From NCBI GenBank assembly GCA_943704425.1, contig CALSCP010001345.1, forward strand, positions 74,567-138,566: a DNA stretch of 64,000 nt, written 5' to 3'. The stretch is from Ministeria vibrans ATCC 50519 (Eukaryota; Protista; Filasterea). Below, piece after piece: positions 37,101 through 49,904 of this stretch (position 1 is the stretch's first letter; each line of letters starts with the position of its first letter). Under the pieces are notes generated by a model. It worked only from the letters and a program-made list of their open reading frames with translations, was not told the origin of the DNA and made no database searches. Both the position numbers and the translations under genes were made by a program.

Positions 37101-40100
37101 GTCTGTTGTGGGGTAATCCGCCTGCACGATGCGCTCAATCTCGCTGTGCAGTCGTGCCACACGCTCCTGCTCCTCCCACTCGCGACAGGCACGCTCGGCT
37201 GCCGACGCACGCTCCATCAGTTGTTCTTTGAGAACAAGTGCGCGCTCTTCAAGTGCCACTGTGACCGCACGCGACGTACGACCACCGTCAAACTCAGCTT
37301 CGAGGGACGCCACAAGAGCCCGATGGGCGCGCCACTCGGCCAATTCAAAGGGATCGTACGCCTCAAGTGCCGCAAGAGACTCTTCAAGGTGCACAAGCCA
37401 GGCGGTGCCCGTCTCCACCAGTGTCTCGGCGGCACGCGATCGTTCTCGTTCCGCCAGCACACGTCGGGCATTGTCGAGCGCACACTGTGTCTCTTTCGAG
37501 GGCAATGCATTGTGTGCTGCTGTGGCACGTCGAAGCACCGCGTCTATCTCACCCGGCGGCAATGAAGAACCTAGTGCATCTGACAGAGCATCAAAGGCGG
37601 TCGCGACTACGTTGCGCAGTCGCTGTTCACGTCGCATGGCCCCCAGTTGTTCTCGCGCCGCTGTCCGTTCCCTAATACGTGAGCGTGCGTCGTTCATACG
37701 CTTCACAATGCCATCACACTGTTCGTCGAGTGCCGACTGCCAAGCGACCGGAATGGTACCAACAAGGTCAAGAGTGTCGCAACTCAAATGAATCTCGTCG
37801 AAGCGACTCTGAGCCACATTCACCAAAGACTGGCTGAGTTGCTTCTGAGCCCCAAACCACTCTGCAAGCTCGCGTGTCTTGCTCAACATCTGCAAGAATA
37901 TGTCAGCGTTGTGGCAAAAGCGCTCGCTGGCATCGCGAGCGGCACACACACTTGACTCGTCGCTGAGATTGTCGTTGGCCATGCGACGCACCAATTTGGC
38001 ATGGCGCTCGAGGTGCTCACGGGCAGACGTGGGAGGCACACTGGCACTTGCTGTGGTGTTTTGTTCAAAGCCCTCTTGGAGCTGAGCTGCAAGACGGAGA
38101 CGTTGTTCGCGCAGAGCGTCTTGACGTGCGTGTTCTCGTTGCACAATACTCTCCGCAATAGCTGTGCTCACCGTCTTGCGAGCCGTCTCACTGGCTTGGG
38201 TGAGCTTGACATGGGTGTCGAGGCAAAGGCGACGAGCCTCGGCAACGAGACTCGGTAAACGTTCCGCGATACAGACATCGAGGTCACGCTGGACACGGCG
38301 CAGGTGTGTCAGGGGCGAGTGGGTGCCCAATGTGGAGGTAATGGACTGAAACCAGTCGAGTACGGGAGCAGCACGGGTGCGCCAAGCATCACGGTCGAGT
38401 GCCAAAGCGACGGCACTCTTGCACTCCACGAGACGACGCACAAGCTCGGACCAGTGCATGTCGAGCACCGACAGCACAACTAAGGTGGGCATGGCAGTGG
38501 TGAAGGCCAGACACTTTTCAACTGCGTCTTCGAGCAGCAGTGTGTCTTGTTCGACAAGCGCAAGAGCACGCTGAGCCTGTTGAAGCACAGGCAGCGAGGA
38601 GGACGCTGAGGCAACACGCTCGGACTGCACTAAAACGGTCTCGGAGGCACGCTGAACGCCCGCGAGGAGTCGCTGGGCACGTTCTTCAAGGATGAGAGCA
38701 CGGTGGCGCTCGACGATGGCAACACACGCGACGCGGTACTGCTTGGTAAGAGCGACAATGTCGTCTACGAGCGGGCGCTCGCGAGTCGCTGCCAGCTCGG
38801 GCGGCACCTGAGCGTGCAACTGACGCACTTGGTTGACAAGCAGCGCCAAGTCTGAGTCGGCAAATCGGTCGAGGCGGGTACGTAGCATGTCGAGGGCGTC
38901 ACGGTCGGGAGGACGACGGCGCGCGAGAAACGAGTCGACGAGAGACGTAAGCCACACGCGTTTTTGTTCGACGGCAGCACGCCACTGCGACAGCCGGTTG
39001 ATCAGTGCCTGATGGGGATCCGTTTCTTCACTTGCACGCAACATGGCCGCCTCAAGGTGGTCGTGAGCAGCGGCAAGGCACTCCTTGAGGACACGATGAC
39101 GCAGAGTGAGTGAGGCTGCAGTAGTGGTATTAGAGGGAAGTGAGCGAGCGCGCTCTTGGACGCGTTCTAGCTCACGACGCTCCTCGTCCAACTGTTGCTG
39201 AGTGCCGGCGCTCTCATGGATGCGGTTTGATGCAAGACGGGCACGTAGGATGAGACGGTTCAATGCCGCGACCGATTCGTGGTCGGGAAGGGCGGCTGTA
39301 AGACGACGGAGGCGCTGGTGAAGCGACGCGTCGACGGACTCGAGAGCACGCACAAGCGCAGTGAGACGTGGACGGACCAGGCGCTGGCGGTCCTCGCCAA
39401 TGAGATTGGGCTGAGCGTACTCGTGCTGGAGCTCCTCGATGCGCTGACGGTGGGAGGAAAGGTCGCGCTGGAGTGCCTCGACCGAGTCAATGAGCTCACG
39501 GCAAGTGTCTGCGTTTGTGCCTGTTGACGTGGTGTGTGCGTGGCGCCAGATTGTCACACACCAGTCTTCGTGTAACTGAAGACGCACGCACAGGTCGTCA
39601 AAGTGTCGCTGACGTTCGCGGTCGGTGCGCGCTTGTTCCACACACACACTTAAGCGCCCCAATGCGTCGTGAAGCTGCGTGGAGAGCGAGAACAGCGGTG
39701 ATTCATGAGTACGATTGAGCGCAGGGTGGGCTTTGGAGCGTTCTAGGAACGACTCAGCAGCGACAATGGCACCAGCAGAGACAGTCTGAAGGGCAGGACG
39801 GCGGTCGGAACGCAGACGGTATTCGTGGCGTGTGGCGTCGTTGAGGAGACGCGACAGGACATGAGCCGTCTCGCGCAGCGCCTGAGCTTCGCAGGTGAGT
39901 TTGCGACGCGAATGGAGCACCGAGAGAAGTTCACACCAATAGGGTTCAAGCTGGGGAGCAGACGCTATGGCACGTTCACGTTGAGACGCCACGTGGGCTG
40001 TGAGAGCGTCAATGTGACGCAATGAGCCCGATGGGTCGACAGCGTGTGAGTCAATGTGGCTGACTGCATCGTTGAGCTGTGCGAGTGAAGTCGCCACGGA

Positions 40101-41388
40101 GTGAAGGAGACGCGCCTGTTGTTTGCGAGCGGCGTTCCGCGCGATAAGTTGCGCGGAACGTGCACGGAGTTGCTGCAGGAGACGCGTTTCGCAGTCGGTG
40201 AGAAACCCCCAGGCAGAGTCGAAGGCGGCACTGCTCAAGGAGGAAGGCGGGGAGTACGCAACGCGCCCCATACTCTGACGGAGAGTCTGTAGCGAGTGCA
40301 TGAGGGCGACGAGTGCATGGTGCTCACGAACTCGCTCGGAGACGTGTGTGGTGCGCCAGTGAGCAATGCGGCGGACGAGACGATGGGCTTTGTCGAGGGT
40401 GTTGCAGGTGTCGATGAGACGGGCGGCTTGCTCACTGAGCAGTCGTGTGGCGGCGCGAAGCCAGCAGGCGAGGTGTGTAGCGCGACGTACATACTCGGTC
40501 GTGAGCGACTCGACGTGACGCAGAGCACTGATAAAGCTGCGGAGACGTCGTGAGGCGGCGGCGCGCTGGTGGGCATTGGCAAAGTGATGGTAGTAGGAAG
40601 AGACGTAGGCGAGAAGAGCGCGCTCGTCGATGGGGAGCGCAACGGAGCCTACAAGGTCGTCGACGTCGAGCAACGATGGAATGGCAAGGTGCTGCTCGGC
40701 GACGGAAAAGGCCGTCTCGAGAGCGGCACGCGGATTGCGACGTGCCAAGAGACGATGGTAGTCGACGAGGTCCGGTCGGTTGTGATGGAGGATGGCGAGG
40801 AAGGGCAGGCCCGACGCCCACGTTTGCCGGCCCGAGAAGTCGGTGATGCCTGTGATGCCTGGATAGCCATGGGTCTGGCGCTGGCACCAGAGCAGGAGCG
40901 CCTGCTTGGCCGTGCAATCTTCAAACGTGATGGTGTGTATTTGGTAGCGAAGCAGAATGGTCCATAGCAACCCCAGCGTGAGTTTTGCGTTGCCATCGAC
41001 AATGTCCTCGGCTCCAATGTTCTCTAGCTTGACCCCTCGATCGCGCGCAAGGTGATCCAGGACGCTTTGAACGGCGCCAATGTGATGGATTTTGGAGTGA
41101 CGAGACGCCGACAGAGTCGCTGACGTGACAACGCCTGGCAGGCTCAGGCCGCTGATGCGCTCAATGAGGGTCCGCAGAAGCTCCCCGTCGCGGCAGTCGT
41201 GTCCAACGTCATTCAGGCGGACCGCTGTTGACGTGAGCTGAAGGAAGGCAAAACACCAAGAACAGTTTGTTGACATTGATGAACACCGCTAAAAAAATCG
41301 GATCCCAATGTCCTTTTTTTATCGCCATCACACACGCGCGTACCTGTGAGTTGGCCCACTTGACCAAGGCGCGCTGTTGCAGAGACAT
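28197..41388 (-). CDS. Giant spectrin/alpha-actinin-family protein (~4,361 aa): CH1-CH2, long spectrin-repeat rod, EF-hand domain, acidic and Pro-rich tail
   Basis: Exon 1 (41388-41344, MSLQQRALVKWANSQ) splices to one 13,041-nt exon (41237-28197). Head motifs LENIGAEDIVDGNAKLTLGLLWTILLRYQI and AKQALLLWCQ. Canonical spectrin repeat WLQDADALMAWIHEMDSLLQSTAYGAD. EF region GVSDERLEEISRAFSYFD...EFRGALQSLGY...YCVERM...LDYEKFT. Confidence 0.93.
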
Positions 41389-41474
41389 CCGAGAGTGAAT
41401 AAATGATTAATAATTACATTATTTTTTTATTCTTTCACAGAGAGTGTCTCAAAATCGATCGTTTCTGTTTTCGC
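41389..41474. promoter_or_regulatory. Probable bidirectional promoter (86 bp, AT-rich) between the spectrin-like and zinc-finger genes
   Basis: Divergent ATGs at 41388 (-) and 41475 (+). Confidence 0.5.
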
Positions 41475-42967
41475 ATGAGCGAACCGTGGGAGCGTGTCGC
41501 TGTGGCAGCGGGCCGCGCATACGCCTCCAACATGGAACTGATGATGTCGGAGACGGGCGAACGATGTCGGACGGATCCGCCGAGTGACGTTGGTGCGTTT
41601 TTTTCGTTGGGCGAAAACGGAAAAGTTTTGTGTCGCTTCACTAGAGCCGATGGGGAGCCGTGTCGGTCCAGGGTGTTTGGGGGCGAGGATGTAAAGCGCC
41701 ATTTTACCTACTTCCACCCCACGAGCAAGCACCGCCTTGTCTGTGTCGTCTGCAATTCGTATGTTAGTTGTGGCAACCTCAAGAGACACGTCGCTTCTCA
41801 GCACAGCAACACATTCACAGCGACTGTCATGGAACGCGGTCCGCTGGAGGACGGAGGATGGAAGACGATCTACCTGCGAGAGGTGCGTGCGGCCCTGGAG
41901 CGCGACGGAGAAGAGGAGGACGTTGAGGGAGAAGTGGCCAAGGTGTTTGGTCGTGGCGAGTGGGAACAAGTCCCAATGGGATTTGAGACTTGGTTGGCGA
42001 TGGCACGGGGCGAGAAGGAGGATGAGGAGGACACGATTGTGTTTGAGATGCTGGGGGATGGCAAGGTGCGGTGTCGGTGTCGACTGGTGGACGGACGAGT
42101 GTGTACGAGACAGGGATTTGCGCCTGAGTGGGTTGGGCATCATTTCTCAAAGTGGCATCCTCGGAGTGTGTACCGCGTCAATTGTGTGGTGTGCAAGGAG
42201 GATTTGGCGCCACACAGAACAACTTTCAATCTACACATGCTGCAATCGCACGGTGATGTATTCAGTCGTGGCTGTGACTTGCTGAGGGTGTACTCTTCTC
42301 TTGTGCGCAGTGCGCTTGAGGAGCGCAATGCGCCTGAGTCTGTCATTGTGCGTGAGCTGCAGTTGTTGCGTGAGAGTGAGCGAGTGCCGTCGTCGTTCTC
42401 GGAGTGGCTGGCGTGTGCGCAGAAGGAAGAGGGGAGTGGTTGTGGTGCGGTGGACCTCGACGCGTCGTTTGAGCGACTGTCCAACGGTCTATTCAAATGT
42501 CGAATGGTGCGACCGGCAACGGGACAAGTGTGTGACTACGCGCCATTCACAAAGGGGCGTGTCGGTAATCATTTTAGTGACTATCATGTGCTGAGTGTGT
42601 ATCGCACTCGATGTGCCATCTGCTCGCACTCAGTGTCAACGGCCGGCAGTCTGCGGAAACACTTACGCCGATGTCACTCTTCTGAGTTCACTGACACTGT
42701 GTTGGCATCGACCTGGAAGAGTGTGTACAGTGAGTGTGTACGGAGTGAAATGTTGAGAGAGGGAAAGAGTGAGAGTGCGATTGAGAGAGAATTGGGTATT
42801 TNNNNNNNACTGACACTGTGTTGGCATCGACCTGGAAGAGTGTGTACAGTGAGTGTGTACGGAGTGAAATGTTGAGAGAGGGAAAGAGTGAGAGTGCGAT
42901 TGAGAGAGAATTGGGTATTTTGTATGAGTTTGAGAAAGTGCCCGCTGGCTTTCACCAGTGGACTTGA
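41475..42967 (+). CDS. Intronless protein made of three ~150-aa repeats, each with two C2H2/BED-like zinc fingers and a helical segment
   Basis: Each repeat has CR-x8-9-C-x12-HF-x3-H, then C-x2-C-x11-13-H-x4-H, then Y...VR.(A/E)L...E...VP..F..W. After removing the gap-flanking duplication the true end reads GILYEFEKVPAGFHQWT*. Confidence 0.8.
42690..42920. other. Assembly artefact: identical 112-bp sequence on both sides of a 7-N gap
   Basis: 42690-42801 equals 42809-42920. Collapsing the copies restores the reading frame. Confidence 0.85.
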
Positions 42968-43406
42968 CTGTCAGTACAGTGAACCAAAAATCCGAGTTTG
43001 AAAAAATGTTGCCTGGAGGAGTTGGTATTGAAATTTGAGGGGAGTACAACGACGAAACCTCTCTCCGATATCCTCCAATTTTTTGTACGTTTACTGCAAG
43101 ATCGTATCTGTGGGTCTAAGATTTATTGGGGCTACCCTCTGGCGGAAGCACTGTATTGCTCTACACTGTAGTATTTTATTATTAAGATAATAGATATTAT
43201 TTTATTTATGTATTAGCTAAGTGAACGTTTTCCGACGCAGCGCAGCGTAGTTATCTCAACATAATATTTTCATTTTTTTGTGAGTCAGCAATAACTTTTT
43301 CCCGATCACAGATTATTCACAGTCCACAGATCAATTCAATATTTCAATCATTTTTTCTTCATCTACTTCTTGTCCCTCCTCACTTGCACACACAGCGCCT
43401 TTCAAG

Positions 43407-44196
43407 ATGATGATCAAAGTCAAGGTGTGTCTCCAGTAGGCGCGTCCTTGCCTCCTCTCATTCTCTCTCTCTCTCATTCTCTCTCTCTCTCTCTCATTCT
43501 CTCTCTTTAGACTCTCACTGGCAAAGAGGTATTCGATTCTTTTCTACAACAGAGCACAGGATCTCGTCATCAGCTCTGTCTCTACCCTTTCATGATGTGC
43601 CTAACTTTTATATCTTTTTTTCTTCTTCTTTTTGAGTTGACGTTTTTTTTTTTTTTTTTTTTTTTTTTTTGTTCACGATTAATCACTGTTGCTCTTGTTT
43701 GATTGCGATGGCGACCCATGGCATTTGTATTTTGCTACTGCATGCTTCTATTGGGCTCTTATTGCGTCTCCGCGTTGCCTTTGTGGCTCAGTGACGAATG
43801 ATTTTCGTTTTGGTCGATTGAGACTGTTTTCTCATAATAATTATGATATACTGACGCGGCGGTGGGTCGCGATTGTTGGAGAAGGGTGTTTAGCGTGGTG
43901 TCGAAGTATGTGCACAGAGAAATTCGCTCGTTGTATCTATATTTTTGCCGTTTTTGCGCTTTTTTCACTATCGTCTTTTTTGTGTTTTTCACATTTAGAT
44001 TGAGATTGATATTGAGCCAACAGACAAGGTGGAGCGCATCAAGGAGCGTGTTGAGGAGAAGGAAGGGATTCCTCCGCCGCAACAGCGTCTGATTTTTGGA
44101 GGAAAGCAAATGAACGACCAAATGACGGCAGCAGAGTGCAAGGTGGTGGGGGGCAGCGTGCTCCACCTGGTGCTGGCACTGCGTGGTGGCTGCTGA
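43407..44196 (+). CDS. NEDD8: Ubiquitin-like protein NEDD8/RUB1
   Basis: Exons 43407-43424, 43511-43528 and 43999-44196 give MMIKVK|TLTGKE|[38 protein letters not shown]...[11 protein letters not shown]. Ala72 is diagnostic versus ubiquitin. Confidence 0.97.
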
Positions 44197-44656
44197 ACAT
44201 CAGAGCGATCTCTGTGTGTGTGAGAGAGAGAGACAGCAAGAGAGAGAGAGAGAGACGGAGAGTGTGTCTGTGTTTGTGAGACAGTGTGAGTGTGTGTGTG
44301 TTGTAGCTCAAGGGTGTCTACCGTGTATAAACTATATTAAGATTTGAGTGTGTCAGTACATCGAAGAGCTTGCCGATAATCTGGCTTTCTTTTGGACGGT
44401 GGAGGAATATACTACTTTCTACAGGAGTGATCCAATTATAAAAACACATTGTGAATGCCTAATTGATTTGACCCCGAGATTGAAATTGGATACTCCGTCA
44501 TTCGGATATTCAAAATCCAAGGTGTTTGCAAGCTGTTTGCGTGACAATTATTATAGATAAGTATAAATTGATTGTAATAGAAAATATATCTCTCGCTATA
44601 TAGGGGGAAAGTTGGGTGCGAAGGCGAGAATACTGAAGATGCATGTCCGTCCTTCA

Positions 44657-44783
44657 CGCGCTCACGGCGGTGGGTCTGCGGTGTTGTGACCGAGTGCGTC
44701 CACTACATACTCGTGAAGAACATAAAGATCAAGAGGCAGCTGAGCAGGAAAGCCCTCCGGCACGATACCATCGTAGCAGATGT
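44657..44783. repeat. Direct repeat copy 1 (~125 bp); copy 2 at 54302-54439
   Basis: CGCGCTCACGGCGGTGGGTCTGCGG...GAAAGCCCTCC; 2 mismatches over the first ~108 bp. Confidence 0.95.
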
Positions 44784-45065
44784 CACTTGTCGGAATCGGA
44801 ATCACTTTCACACCGCGACGCACCTGAGCCCACGCAGTGCCCACATCCCCATGCAAGATGCACGTTGCGCCTGCCGCTGTGCGTTGCAGCACCTGAACAA
44901 TGACAGGGTGGTTGCCACGCAACACTTCAATGTCATGTGCGGCGCAGCTGGACTTTTCCCCTCCTTTCTCTCTCTCTACACTTTGTTTCTTTTCCCCTCC
45001 TTTCTCTCTCCCTCTCCCTCTCCCTCTCCCTCTCCCTCTCTTCTCTCTCTCACACACAAAAAATT

Positions 45066-48000
45066 TCAGACGCGAGCCTTTTTCTTCTTGCACGTGTTCT
45101 CACCACACTCCTCCTCCCCCTCCTTCTCTTCCGTCCATGCCCGTCGCTTCAACGAGCCACTGTCACGCATCTCATGGTCCGTGGTCGTAATTGTTGTCGT
45201 CGTGGTTGAGACCCACGGGAGCAACGCACTCAGGACAATCTGCGCTGGTGGGACCAGCGCCCAGCGACCATTGCTCATGTCAAAACCAACGCGGTACGCA
45301 CGAGCAGGGCGTTTCCGCCTGCTCTCCACTCCACTCGCGTTCGGTGCTGCAATGCGCACAGTGGGCCAATCAGCTACAGGGCCCTCCAGACACACCTCAA
45401 AGGGTTCGCCAAACGCGTCGACCATCACACAGAGCAGCAGCCACCCCAGCACATAGCTTGTCCGCACACTCTGCGCTGCGTTTCCACAGCAATGCGCCAG
45501 AATGGCAAGCGGCAGCGTCTGGTTGCGCGCGTCCGCCACCAGATCCTTGTCCCCAAGGAAAGACGCAAGCTCACACACAAACAGTCCGTAACGCTGCGGC
45601 CGAGCTACCACCATGGTCGCCAGGCGGATTGCGACAAGCTCTGCGCATCGACGCCGCAGTGTCAAATGCTCTCCGTGCACCTGTGTGTCATGATGGGTAC
45701 TGGCCAGGCTCGTGGAGCCTGTTTCTTGCCACAGCGCCTGTAGCTCAGGCGCAAATCCGGTTAGCTGTTCACACAGCTCCACAAGTGGTCGCTTGTCGAC
45801 GTCCAGCGTGCGCCTCCGTCCAGCAGAGCACGCCCGCTCGCTAACGACACCCGTCAGAGTGGATGGACCAGACGACTCTTTCTCATCTTTAGCTGCCTCC
45901 AACCGCAGATCCTTCGCCTTTTCACACAGTTGTTCGACCAATGCCGCCGTGCAGCAGGCATGCGACTCAACCTGCAACATAGCAGTTGACGAAGGAACAG
46001 GAGGAAGAGGAATGGATCGCGCGAGAACCGACTCGAGCGTGGTTGTAGTGAACGTGTGGGAATGATCTGCCTCGCACACCTCCTCCACCTTCGCAGCCCA
46101 TGAGTGGCGCAGACGCGCCCGCAGCACCATACTGCGCACCATTCCCTTCACACTCTTCGCAAACCATCCGTCGTTCCTCTTCTCCTTCGTCTCGTCCAGT
46201 TGCTCCACCTTCTTCTTTGCTTCCCTCACGAGGTTCATCATCATCTGACACCTTGCCCTCATTTTCTTCAGAGTATCCTCCGGTAGCTTCTCTGGGTGAG
46301 TGTTGGCCATCGCATCAATCAGTCGGTTGCGCTCAGTGCGAAGATTGCGCGCCAGCCTCCTTCCCTTCCGCAGGTCAAATCCTTGTTGGAGATCGCGTGC
46401 ACAAGCGAACTTCTCGATGTCGCCCTTGTGCTTGCGATACGTTGCGACAAGATGCTCCGAAAACATCACTGGCAGACACTCGCCAATGGCAGTGCCGATC
46501 ACCTCAAGAGCAAGAGAGCACAGCGTGCTCTTTACCGCAGCGGGATTCTGGCCTTCAGCCTCGCGCAGCCGCGCCACAGCGACAACGCGACACTGGTTCA
46601 CGGCGCGCGTCATTGACTCGACCAGCGTGATCTTGTTGCTTCGCGCCCCAAAGAAATGGACTTGGAAGTTTTGCAGCACACACGCCATCGCGTTGAGAGC
46701 TTGTCGACGCCCATAGTCACATGCCCCCTGTGTCTGCAGAAAAACCATCTTCTCCGTGACGGACCGCAACTCTTCCTCGGACACCTCGGCGAACCCCACC
46801 TTCACAATCTGAGCAACCAGCACCTTGTCAACGGCGCTCGCGACCATCTTGCCCAGCACCTTCCGCTCAAACTTCTCCGAGCGCCCCTTGATCATGTCAA
46901 AAACATCCACCGCCAGTGACCCCTGTCCACGAGGTCCCGCTAGATCACCGTCAAGGGCCATCAGAAGTGAGTGCAGCGTCCCCAGACCAGGAGCGCAGTC
47001 GAGGTCACCCGTGAAGAACAGCTTCTCGACTGATGCGGCCGCTTTGGCTCGAGACAGTGCCGCTATTGCGCGGGAATGCGAGCGGTCAGTCTGCAGATGT
47101 GAGGTCCACGCAGTGCATGCGTTACGAAAAGGGACGAACAGCTCGGTTTTGCTGTGTTCGGCAAGCACTCGCGTGACGTGACCGTCAATCTGCCTATCTT
47201 GTACCAGCCAGGTCGTGAGCACCTCCTCTGCCTCTGCGTACATCGCTGCACTGCCCTGCGACGCCGCTAGCAGACGGCTTTTCCTCTTCTTGGCTGTGCG
47301 TGCAGAGGAGTCATGGAGCAATTTTTGCACCTCACAAGCGAGCGGCAGACGCTCCTTGCCAACCGTCGCCGCCAGGGTACAGTTGGTTCCCATTGCCGCC
47401 TCCACACCAGCAACCATCTGACAGGATTTCTCGAGAATGGCAAGGAACGAGCGTGACGTGGTATGCTCGCACAACGTTGGATCCTGCCGCGCTTGCTTAT
47501 GGATGTGAAAAAGAATCGCGGGCACGCCCGTGTTATGCATGTTTTTCAGGTGCTGATTGTCAATGGCGTCAATGATGCCGTGGTTGGTGGCAACAAGTGA
47601 GGAGAAAAGGAGCGGGAAGGCATACGCAAACTTCAGCTTTCTTTCCAGAGACGCGATGATGCGTTTCTCGCACTCTTCCTGGCTCAACTCGGCAGTGCCG
47701 CAAGCGACCTTCTTCGCAGCGTTCTTCAAGTCCTCCCAGCATTGATTCCTCCACTGCTTCCACTCGCCAGGCACTTCGCACTTGCCCTCATTCAGCTGCC
47801 TCTGATCGTGCCTTTCAGGGTGCCACACAAGTAACAGGTGCGGTAGGTGAGTGCCCGCAATGTCATTTTCAAAGTTGGGTGCGATAAGGTGCTCTCGGAT
47901 GACCGAAGCAAGCGACTTGCACGACGACAGACGTTGCGGACAGACCACGATGACGTGGTCGCTGTCGCCCAGCACCTCGACAAGTGTCGACACCTTCTGG

Positions 48001-49787
48001 GCATCCGAGTCGTTGCAGCCGGGCGCATCGACAAGCTCCGTGTTCCACTCGCGCAGCATCGCCGACGGCACAAACACGGTGATGCGCTTGAAGAAGAGTG
48101 CGTCGTCGTCGTCAAGAAGCGTCTTAAGTGTCTCGCGCAGATACAGTCGGTCGTGCAGAAGGTTCTTGCCGTGCGTGCGCAGCAGACGGTGTTTGCCAAG
48201 GAGGCTGAGACGAGCGCGGTGCACCACAGCTTGTGGGTCGCGCGTAAACTTGTCGATCAGCGCACGGTCGATGGGCTTGGGAGCGGGTGTGAGGTCGAGG
48301 TCACAGTTGAAATCCACGTCGTCGTTGTCGGAGTCGTTGTCGTCATCGATGGTGTCGTGCCGATTGAGAGCACTCTTGGATGCAGTACCGTCTGCGGTCA
48401 CAGGAGAGCCCATCATTGTGGCCTCACTCGACTCTGAGTGGACATCGACGTCACTCCCATCAATGTCGGTCAAACCAGCGGGGTAGGAGCAACGACTGGG
48501 CGCCTTCTCGGCGCGTCTGACCATGTCGACGATGCGCTTGCCACTGGAAAACACGCTCGTTTCCTCCACCTCGCCTCCCTCCACCCTGTCCCAGTCGGTC
48601 TGCTTGCAGTTGCGGACCATGTCACTAATCGAGTACTGCTCGATGACAGCCTCAAAGCGACGGCCAGGACGCACGGCGATGGGACAGCGTGTTGTGGAGG
48701 CGGTGCCTCTCTGGCTGGGCAGCAGATACGCGCCGGATCCGTCTGAGTTCCCGACGATATCTCTCGCGTTGGTTCCCGTGGCATGCTCACGCGTCGCCGC
48801 CTCAATGGCCTCCTCCTTTTGTAGCATGCAAGCGTAGTGTTTGTTGTCCGGAGAAGCTACAAAGAGCCCAGTGTTCTCGTCCATGACCGCCTCAGGTGGG
48901 TACTCGATGGCGTCGCGAACTTGTCCGGCTGCATCGTCTGCGTCCGATCCGTCGCGTCCTTCCAGCAGCTTCTGCTTCAACATGACGGCGCCCTCAAAGT
49001 CCAGTGGATCGGTGTCGCGACCGTTGAGTCGCTCGTACTCGTAGGGTGTCACGGACGATGTGCACAGAAGGGCATTGAGCAGAAACGACTTGCCAGCGCC
49101 GTTCTCGCCCAGCAGCGCCGTCCTAGTCATGTACGAGGCGGAGCGCTCCTGGGACGTCGCTGTGCGCTGCGGATGAAGTACGCCCTCTTCAATGTCTTTG
49201 ATGATGCTCTTTGCCACATCACCAAGGGTATCATTGCTGTTGTAAACAATGTGATTCTTGAGCCTGTCGAGGAAGTCGACTGCCTCGTCGTGAACACTTG
49301 CCGACACGTCCGACATGCGAGTTTCGGCGATAAATGCCTCTAGGGTGGCGGTGGCGGCGGTGGTGGTGGTGGTTGTGGTGGTGGGCGTGGTGGTTGTGGT
49401 GGTGGGCGTGGTGGGAGTCGCGGGAACCTCTTCGCTTGCGTTGCTCATCAAGTCGAAGTCGTGGTCTTCGCCGTTGTCGAAGTCGTGGTCGTCGTCACTC
49501 ATCTCTGTGTCGTCGTCAAGCGCGTCTTCCTCGCTCGACGCATCACCACGTGCTGCTGGGGCAAGTGGGAGCGTGTTGAACTGGGAGTAGTCAAAGGGCT
49601 TGACGGAGGAGTCGTCATAACCGAAATCTTTTCGAAAGGTCTTGAAGAGGCGGCTGTGACCAATGTCGCTCACCTCACAACTGAGTGTCTTTTGACTGGT
49701 ATGCGGCCCGCGAGCAAAGGGCCACTTTGCTTTGGATTTCAAGAGCTCTTCTTTCGTAAGACGTGTCCGAAAGGCGAGGTAGAGCTG

Positions 49788-49818
<31 letters not shown>

Positions 49819-49868
49819 GGAGAAAGAAACAAAGTGATAGAGAGAGAGAGAAAAAAAAACAAAGCGAT

Positions 49869-49904
<36 letters not shown>

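Noticed and set aside
28291-41017. Dozens of overlapping ORFs on the + strand and alternate frames
   Set aside because: Shadow ORFs of the GC-rich 13-kb spectrin-like exon, with no motifs.
41238-41276. ORF-track start MSTNCSWCFAFLQ for the giant protein
   Set aside because: It lies in the intron. Upstream exon 41388-41344 supplies the conserved CH1 start (QQRALVKWANSQL).
42690-42920. Biological tandem duplication or frameshift in the zinc-finger gene
   Set aside because: Identical copies flank an N-gap, which is typical of an unmerged contig overlap.
44348-44560. RGS-like fragment (DNLAFFWTVEEY)
   Set aside because: The resemblance is limited to about 12 residues, with no ATG or supporting exons.
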